Positions 55,801-64,000 of a DNA stretch of 64,000 nucleotides are shown piece after piece (the stretch's first letter is position 1; every line of letters starts with the position of its first letter). The notes below the pieces were generated by a model that was not told the DNA's origin, did not search any database, and saw only the letters and a list, made by a program, of their open reading frames with translations. A program made the position numbers and the translations under genes. This DNA is from Utricularia gibba (Eukaryota; Plantae; Magnoliophyta): the NCBI GenBank assembly GCA_002189035.1, contig NEEC01000020.1, forward strand, positions 1,054,001 through 1,118,000, given 5' to 3'.

Positions 55801-58800
55801 ATCTTTTCTGAAAACAGGGGAGAATAGTTAATACTGGATGTAATAGACTTCACAGAAAAATGGCTAGAGGCTGATGATTTGGTCTATTTCTCTACAAACC
55901 ACTTTTGCACTCTTCACGTTATTTTTCTATAATGCATCTTCTCTTATCCATTTACACTTCACTGCAAATCCCCTTTCACTATTACAGGTATCACTTCCAC
56001 ATTTTTATAGTCAAGGTCAAAAAATTGAATTCCAAAATAGCTGCTATACTAAACAAGCGAAGAAAACACGAGCAATTATACTAATAAAACATATAACTCA
56101 GATAAGCACTTCAAACTAAAAGTCGCTTGATTGATTACAACAAAACGGATCAATAATGCCCTGATCTAAAACATCAAATTACGTACAGTATGCCGGAAAA
56201 GTAAGTGCAATGCACTTTGTAACTCATTCTGGATGCTTCGTGAAGTGCAATGTAAAAATATTCAAGGACTTAACACTTCCATGGCTGGCACAATTTTATT
56301 TGAAACAGAACATTTCCAATTTCCCTAATTTATTCTAATGAATGAAGACACTTTTTTTTCCAATGTATTTTAATGTAAACCAACAGTTTATATAGTTAAC
56401 AATCTACCAGTTTATCAGCAGTTTTTCCTGTGTCCTTCCGTGAATGAACAAACACCATAACTTGATGACCACGTGAGATTGAATCACAAACCTGTGGGGC
56501 ATGATTGTTAAATCGCAATACAAATTCTTCATTATGTAGAAAAAAAAAATTGAAGAGCATATCCCAACCTTATTGTAGCATATTTCATTCATCAACTCAT
56601 TTCTAGCTAAAAAGCTATGCTCAGAAATCCCAATGTAATGTTGCTCAAGAGGCACTGGGCGGTAGCTTGAATCAAAGAAAAACAATCCTGATTCTCGATT
56701 AACTCTTAGAAACTGAGCCACCTGAGATTTTCAATTCAAAACTAATGCAGGGTAGAATCGAATCATTTGAACTGAAATCCCATTTTCAATTCAAAAGTAT
56801 TTTATTTTCAACACGATTTCAGCAACGTTATACGTTACCTCCAAATAATTGGGTAGAGTGGCAGAAAGGCCAACAATGCGAATCATATTTTGTGTGGATT
56901 CCACCTGCACCAAATTAGCAGCACCATTTAAGCAAGCCCACGGTCATCTTAGAATTAATGGTTGACTTTCAATGCTGACCCCTCTTCCCCCAGCTTACTC
57001 AAAACCATTATCCATTTCTCTGAAATAATCACATCACATCCCAAAAACCAACAATACCATAAAAACTGTCTTGCATTATGAAATGAAAAGTCAACGCATC
57101 ACATAAAAACAACGGTCAAAAATTTGCATCTCTAAAAGCTTACTGCACATACCTGACGAAGTGTACGAGCTACTATTGCTTCAATTACTGGTCCTCTGTC
57201 ATCATTCAACAAATGCACTTCATCAATTATCAGGAGCTTCACTAGCAGAGAGAGTGACATGTCACCGCTTTTGCGTGTAATCACATCCCATTTTTCAGGT
57301 GTTGTAACTATCATCTGAAAAGTGAAATGCAGATATTAAAATGATCGTGGAAATGCAGATATGCAATAGCATCCAATAAAGTCATATAACAAAAATCTAC
57401 CTGAGTTACTTGAAGCTCATTTTTGGAGAGTTGCATATCTCCAGTAAGCTCTCTAACAACCACATTTAGGGGTGACAATCGATGGCTGAAAGTTGATGTT
57501 ACCTCTGCAGCTAATGCCTGGAAGAAGAAAAAAAAAAAAAAAAACTGGACAATATTCAGAACTTTTAGCAAGTGTGATTCATTATGATTTATTACCTTCA
57601 TGGGAGCTACATAGACTATCTTAAATTCATCTTTGTGCAAATAGCCATCCCGAAAGTGTTTCACAATCTGTATAGGTAGCACTCCATTAGGTAAGCACAC
57701 AAATAGTAGATCTGAATTAGTACATAAAAAAAGGACGATTAAGAATATGAAGTGAAATTAGCATAAATAACAACAAAAACTCAAGCCTTGCACTGTGCAA
57801 GTCAGTAACATTCTGGTGCAAAGCCCACACAAAAGGATATCCACAAAGTGTTATTTTCCTTGCATTGTAAGTCTGCTACACTATTGACAGTGCCCCTATC
57901 TATCTATCTATCATAAAACATATTTTGCAAATTGCCTTCTCATTAATTAAAAAATACTGGAAGATCCTAGGAAGTGATTCCATCGCCGCAGTATCTCTCA
58001 CACTGATGTTTTTGTCAATACAAAGATCCTAAATATTGCTTTTCTCTTTCACAGCCATTTTTAAAATCATAATATGCATATAACCATAGCCCCCTGGGAA
58101 GAAATCTAGGATCCAAATTTATGGTTTTTGCATAGGCTGTAATGAGCCCATATAGGATCCACAATAGGCTACAGTACCAGTCAAGAACTTATATTGGCCA
58201 AAGTGGATTGGTTGCAGCTAGCATACCTCGTGCAGGATGGAGAGCATAGCTATGTTTGTTTTCCCAGCACCAGTGGGAGCACATACCTGCAGAAAATAGA
58301 TTCTCTGAATCGTAACATCTTTTCTCCTACAAATATGTAACGAAGAACCACACATTACCAGTATATTTTCATTCGTATAGTATGTAGTTTGGAATATTTG
58401 GCTCTGTATACGATTCAAAGACTTATATCCATGGAAAGCAGCTTGCGCAATATTATCAAGCTCCTTAATTTCAATCTAAGACCAGCAGTAGAACTCAATA
58501 ATTTTAAAGGTGACTTCAAGAGGCATTTCATCAAGCCATTCATAAATGAAATAAACTACCAGTCTCTCCCAGGTTTCATTGGTGCAGTTGGTGTAGGAGG
58601 AATACTGACTTCTTCATAACCCTTATGATGCCTCCTAAGGGTACCTTGTGGAAGGGCCATGGCTGCGAATTGAGAGCCATCACCATGGCCCAAAATATCA
58701 TCAAGTAAACTATTCTTCTCACTGGCTTGAAGCAAGGAAGCGAACGTTATAAAAGATAGGTCATTCCCAATTCCTTGGTCAGTTCCATGCCTGTGCTTTT

Positions 58801-60927
58801 TTTCTTCCTTTCGTCGAAGTTTGTCGATTTGACGTGCAGATTCCGTTTGAACAGTTACCTGACTTTCCATAACTAATAACGCCAATATCCCAGAAGTGAT
58901 ATACAATGTACCAAAATAGCATCATTACCTGAGTGGCATAACTAGGCAGCCGTAATTGCGTGTTTGAAGATGATTTATCAGATCTAATTACGAAAAGACC
59001 ATGATGAATGCTTTCCACAAGTTCCTTCCTATGCTGAGAAATGTGAACCCAAGGAAGGAAGTGTTGAAAAAGGTATGGATAAAATGCTGATGAGCAAAAT
59101 GGATTCATCGCAAAGCAAGGCATTCTTAAATCTTGGATCACAATTCAATGCCGAGAAATTCTCTTCATCAAATAGGGTAAACATGAAAGCAAACAATAAG
59201 TACACTAGATTGCTGTCAACATTTTTTCAGGTCACCACATAATCCACCAAATGAGTATACTAGATTGCTTTTGAAAAAAGAAACAAAAACAAAAGCATTA
59301 ACATGTTACATAAATCTGAATCAGAAATCCCTTTTCAGAAAGCTAAATGATATAGAGAGAATTGGATAGCATAACGTTTATTACACAGCTAACATCTTCA
59401 CTGCCAAACACATTTATTTAATGACACCCGCATGCACGCAGAGACACATAAATAAAGAATTAAATTCCGGGAAACAAGTAAAAGTTGAAGAATAAACACA
59501 CTTCTGCTGCCCTACCATGATAATGTCATGTACAGTCCCCAGTGAGCCATCACCAACAAGATCCAGCAAATCACCCACAACCTTATCAGGTTAAAATCCA
59601 ATAAAATCCTGATTTAACAGTAGATGAGATGTACAACATTAAATCAGAATCAAGATTTCCAACCTCATCACTAGGTTTTTCTGAATCAATTATGCGGCAA
59701 ATGGTTATTGCAAGTTCATCCCTAGGAAGCTGTGAAGGACTTGCACTGACAATTTTCTCACATGCATCCCCCAGCCATTTCAAGTTAAATTTGTTTATAT
59801 TTGGAGAAGCGGCAATACTTGCTGTGACAGTATGTTTGCAGAATTCTTCATGACCAGACACTTTCGTGCTAGCCTCATTCATAAACATCTGAACCTCCTC
59901 GTAAGAAGGCCCAACATTAAAGCGAGCAGGAGGGTGGAATACAAGGTCAGCCCCAAATTCCTTATCTTGAGGACCCTCATTGCCCAATTCCAGGGGATAT
60001 AAAGAGCCATGCTCACGAATCTGTAGAGCAGAAAGCTGTCGTACGAGTGTCACAACCTTTAACGCATTTGCATCTGGAATTGCATGGCCAACGAGTTTAA
60101 GCAAATCAGACCTGCATCGAAAACGCTTTCTTTTAAAAATGGCTTGATGCATCACCGTTAACGTGCATTATAACCTATAAGTTAGTTCATTTTACTTAAA
60201 TGCGCATATTGCAAAAGCATATCAAATTTCTAATGAAAAACACCAGAATGACAGACCTTTTATCCTGAAGCACTTTGTTTATATCATAGTCGTCAGACCC
60301 GGGGGCTGAAACGAATAGCTTGTATACGTTTAGAGCCACTTCTTGAAACTCTTCAGACATCGCTTCACCACCCATAATCTCCACAACTGCAGCAACGTAC
60401 TGCTTGAAAAGTTTCCGAACCTCAGCAGAAGCTGCAGAGTATCCTTGTAAAGTGATAGCCCAAAGATGATCTCTTTCCCATTTACAAAACAAAAATATGA
60501 CACAATACCATGCTTACCCATATCCACACACACACAAACAACCGCATGGAATGCAAACCTAAATCTGAAGGCAATGAACCTTTCCTACAAGTCGACTGAT
60601 CAACCAAACCACTACGAACAATACTGTCCCAAACATACAACTATGTGCAGTACCTTCATCCCATCGGTGAATAATCCTACGCGCGAGCTCCCATCCTGGG
60701 ACATTTGAAGCAGCACTGACGCATAAAAAAAAACAACAGTCTCAAAAACAACCAGGCTTTTTTACCATAAAATCGAAAATAGAACAATTCCAACTCTGAT
60801 AGGAATCCCCAGGGCCACACCTTTCTCGATCTACCCTCTGCAAGAAGGGCTTCCGGGCGATATACGCTTGGTCTGCATCGAAAGGATCTCGGAGAGAACT
60901 TGTAAGCCGCGGAACCTCGAGCAACAT
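43831..60927 (-). CDS. ASCC3: ASCC3 / DExH14 Ski2-like helicase with two helicase-Sec63 cassettes (49 exons by my count)
   Basis: Starts [22 protein letters not shown] (ATG 60927). First cassette [39 protein letters not shown]; second cassette [33 protein letters not shown]; Sec63 domains; ends [24 protein letters not shown] (stop 43831-43833). Two apparent lesions: an exon 1 nt short at 58560 and a GA donor at 48010. Confidence 0.95.
43937..44064. repeat. 30-bp minisatellite, about 4 copies, in the last ASCC3 intron
   Basis: Unit AAGAGATATTAGACGGCACAGAAGAAGCAG; one copy is lengthened by extra GAA triplets. Confidence 0.9.
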
Positions 60928-61057
60928 CTCTCATTCAAGCATAGACTTGGGAGGGTTGGAAACAAAGGGACCAGAGGCTTGAGGGACGGTCGGTTTAGAT
61001 AGTTGCATCTTCGTCGGTTTAAATAGTTTGTGTTGTTAATAATATCTTTTAAATATA

Positions 61058-61087
61058 TTTATTTATTTTATTTATTTATTTATTTAT
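61058..61087. repeat. (TTTA)n microsatellite upstream of the ASCC3 start
   Basis: Imperfect run of TTTA units read directly. Confidence 0.8.
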
Positions 61088-61495
61088 AAACGCAATCATA
61101 CTAGGTTGACTTTTGTTAAGTAATACGACTTATTTTATTTTATATATTTCATAAAATTTTTGTATTTCATTTCTTTGCAAACGCAATTATAAACACAACA
61201 AACAAACAAAAATGCAAGAAAATATAAGCACAAAACAATTAATAAATAGTTATGATGTTCTATTATAAAAAAATATAATGTTCTAATTCTAAACCATGTG
61301 GTAAAATATATTAAGTCAAAGATTACAAAAATACCAACATTCACAATAATATTTCTGAAAAAAAAATGAAAATATTTTTAAGGAAAGAACAAGGAAAAAA
61401 ATCATAAATATCGTGTGAACCTATTGGTGAAAGACAAAACTCATGTCCTTATTCCTTAAAAATCATGTGTGGTAATAAGAAGGAAACTGTTAAAC

Positions 61496-61720
61496 CAGGG
61501 TGGATCTTCAACTTCAAATCTTATTAAGACGAAATTGAAACTGCTAAACCTATTGGTGAAAGATAAAAAAATTTTTTATCAACCCATGCTTATTAATGTA
61601 AAATTAAGAGGGGTTAAAATTTAATTATTATAACTTTAAATCTTATTAACTTTAAATTGATTCATTTTTTTTATATAGGGAGCCATAGCCCATGCTTATT
61701 ATGTTTAATATCCGCCCCTG
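61496..61720. mobile_element. Short hAT-type MITE (225 bp)
   Basis: Ends CAGGGTGGATCT / ATATCCGCCCCTG (CAGGGGCGGAT-type TIR) with 8-bp TSD tgttaaac/cgctaaac differing by two C/T transitions. Confidence 0.7.
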
Positions 61721-63218
61721 CGCTAAACCTACATACTGGTCGATAAGGGATACTGCTTATAAGAGTCATGTTTTATAAGAGTTATGCTCAATGAGATGCA
61801 TTAGAGCATACAATTGATGAGAAGATTTCCTAATTTTCTAGATTATCAATCTTAGTCTTCTTATCATTTTCCACATATTTGCCTCTCAGCTGCATTCCCT
61901 ATCTCTATGGGGTAAAGAGTGTTATAAAAAAATCTTCAACTTTAAATCATTAAAAAGCCACATTTTTAGTCTTCTTAGAGGAGGAACCCAATTTTGGAAC
62001 ATGTCACACCAGGTCAGAGTTTGGTTTGCATAAACATGATATGCTATGAAGAACTAGGATTTGCATGTTTTGGAAGAGGTGCTTCGTGGACGAGGATGGA
62101 TTTGATGTGATTTTAATATAAATAGATATCCTCATTGGGTTCATGTATTTGTTTTATGTATATTTTAATTATTTCATTTTTCTTTTTGTTTTTGGATTTT
62201 TTACCTTGTTTTTTGTTTTTATGCATTCAGATCAAACCTTACATATGATTATATAAGTTATCATTTAGAACATCTTTACTCATTTCTGAAAACATTGATG
62301 TAGCATTTCTATAAATAGGGTAAAGATTTCCGGAAATCAGTAAGCATGATTCTTTTTTCCTCATGAAATGGAAATGAGGAAATATAGTTTCCTTGTGAAA
62401 ACGGCTTAAAAATAAGATAATTTTAAATTATTTAAATATTATGATTTTCGAAAATGAATACAAACGTAAAGTAAATTTAATAAAAGAAACTTAATAACTT
62501 AATTTTCGAAAATATCATATCATCATATTCGAAAATTGGTAAAGATACTTTTACTCTTTCATCATCATCAAGGTTTTTCAAAATTCTATGATTATGGCAG
62601 TCCTTTGGAATGTTATTTTTATGAAAAAAACAATCTTCATTTACTCTTTCTTCTTTACTTATATATAGGGTAATGAAAACACATGATTTTCTCTTTTCGT
62701 AATTTTATTCTAAACAAATCTATTATAGTAACAATATATTCCCATATTTTGAAAAAAAGCTACTAGGCTTTAAGTCAAATTGTACAATTCTAACTTGTTG
62801 AGTTATGAAGAGAAATAGAATACATGTTGTAGACTCCCAGGAAAGTCCTCATCATTTAATCCCTGTCACTACCTTATCAGGCAAGATGATTCGAATGCTT
62901 ACTGTTTGTTGAAGGGTGTTTGCAAATATGGTTATTTTTCTTTTTCCATAACATAAACTTTTTGGAATACATATGAAATAGGAATTATTCCAAAATTATG
63001 TTTTGAGCATTATTTTTTTGTTTTGAAATTTGATTTTAAAAGAGTACTTGCATATCTATTTGTTGGGCTGGAAAGAAAAGAGCGACCAAAAAAATTCGTT
63101 AAAAAAGATTTATTCGAGTGCCATTTTTTGAGTTGATGAGCCCTAACTTTTGCCGCCACCACCACAACACCAAAATCCCATCGCGGACTCCTCTCTCCTT
63201 GATCAATCGTCTGAAGAG

Positions 63219-64000
63219 ATGCCTCCCCTGGATTGGCGGCACCACACGCTTATTCAGGCGTTACTGTCACGGGGTCCTCTCACGGAGGCCGACTTTCTGA
63301 GCGTTTTCTCTGACGTCTCCGGAAAACATTCAGGTCCATCTTTTTGGATATGCTTTTGAAAATGTGGGGTTGTCGGGAAGCCTGCGCCTAAAAGGATGTG
63401 ATGTTTGTGTTTGTTGTGTTCGAGCTGGTGTTACTCTTCTCATCCTGATTTTTCTGAGAAGTTGCGCGAGTTTTCCGTTGCTGAGATTCTGCAGTTTCGG
63501 AAGCTGTTGTATTTTTTATTCCGTAACAGTTGTATTTGAGGGGTTGAATTCCACCTGATTGCCGACCCGCACTTCTATGTTGTGTTCTACGCTTTACTCG
63601 ACTAATTTGTTCATTCTATGTTGTGGTCTTGGAAAAGCTCGATTCAACTGGATTATTGATGACTGACGCTTATGCCTTCAATTATTCAATGGTTTTGCCA
63701 TATCTTTCGTTTTTGTAGACTCCCAGAGCCAGTTATTTAAGGACTATTTGCGGAGGATCAATGAAGAGTTAAGCTATGCTCAGTTTGAACTGAGGGCATG
63801 CAGGGATCAATTCAATGGTGACGTGTATTACGGGGTTGTCAATAATGCTTCAGATGACCAATCCAAGCTTGGCACAAAGTATACACTTCCACAAATTGCA
63901 CTGTATAGGGGCATTGTGAGATACGGTTTAGGCTCTTCGTACACACTGTTGTTATCTTCTCACAGTTAAATTTATGCATGTTTTCTGGGAACTGCTATCA
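63219..64000 (+). CDS. NSE1: NSE1 (NSMCE1), non-SMC element 1 of the SMC5/6 complex, 5' part
   Basis: Exons 63219..63333 and 63719..63915 give MPPLDWRHHTLIQALLSRGPL.../DSQSQLFKDYLRRINEELSYAQFELRACRDQFNGDVYYGVVNNASDDQSKLGTKYTLPQIALYRGI, matching the plant NSE1 N-terminus. The gene continues past the window. Confidence 0.92.

Noticed and set aside
60439-60446. Perfect U12 donor sequence GTATCCTT on the plus strand
   Set aside because: It is antisense to ASCC3 and no plus-strand gene is evident here.
61415-61570. Repeated aacctattggtgaaaga motif inside and outside the small MITE
   Set aside because: Only two copies; most simply explained by related MITE debris.

Overview
Plant nuclear DNA with intron-rich genes separated by nested, decayed transposons. 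Six protein-coding loci: the 3' part of a DUF1295 gene (+), a PEAPOD/TIFY4 gene (+), a 23-exon DEAH helicase of the DHX35/DEAH9 type (+), a PLS/E-class PPR gene with three apparent 1-nt frame breaks (-), a 49-exon ASCC3/DExH14 double-cassette Ski2-like helicase (-), and the 5' part of NSE1 (+). Two TE blocks: (i) about 7-20 kb, with a copia remnant, a TIR-bounded MULE carrying two same-family solo LTRs in opposite orientation, a second MULE with a third solo LTR, and a PIF/Harbinger remnant; (ii) about 29.6-42.9 kb, with an Ac/Ds-like MITE and a chromovirus whose 5' LTR is split by a LINE that itself contains a CRM-like Ty3/gypsy element. No rRNA, tRNA or CRISPR features were recognised. I found no convincing new biological system. 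The most unusual signals are in splicing and reading frame: an in-frame TGA right after the PEAPOD Jas motif that a nearby acceptor can bypass, an apparent GA-AG intron, a U12-like intron, four GC-AG introns, and several single-base lesions that may be assembly errors. All alignments and family assignments were made by eye from remembered family motifs; no searches were run.
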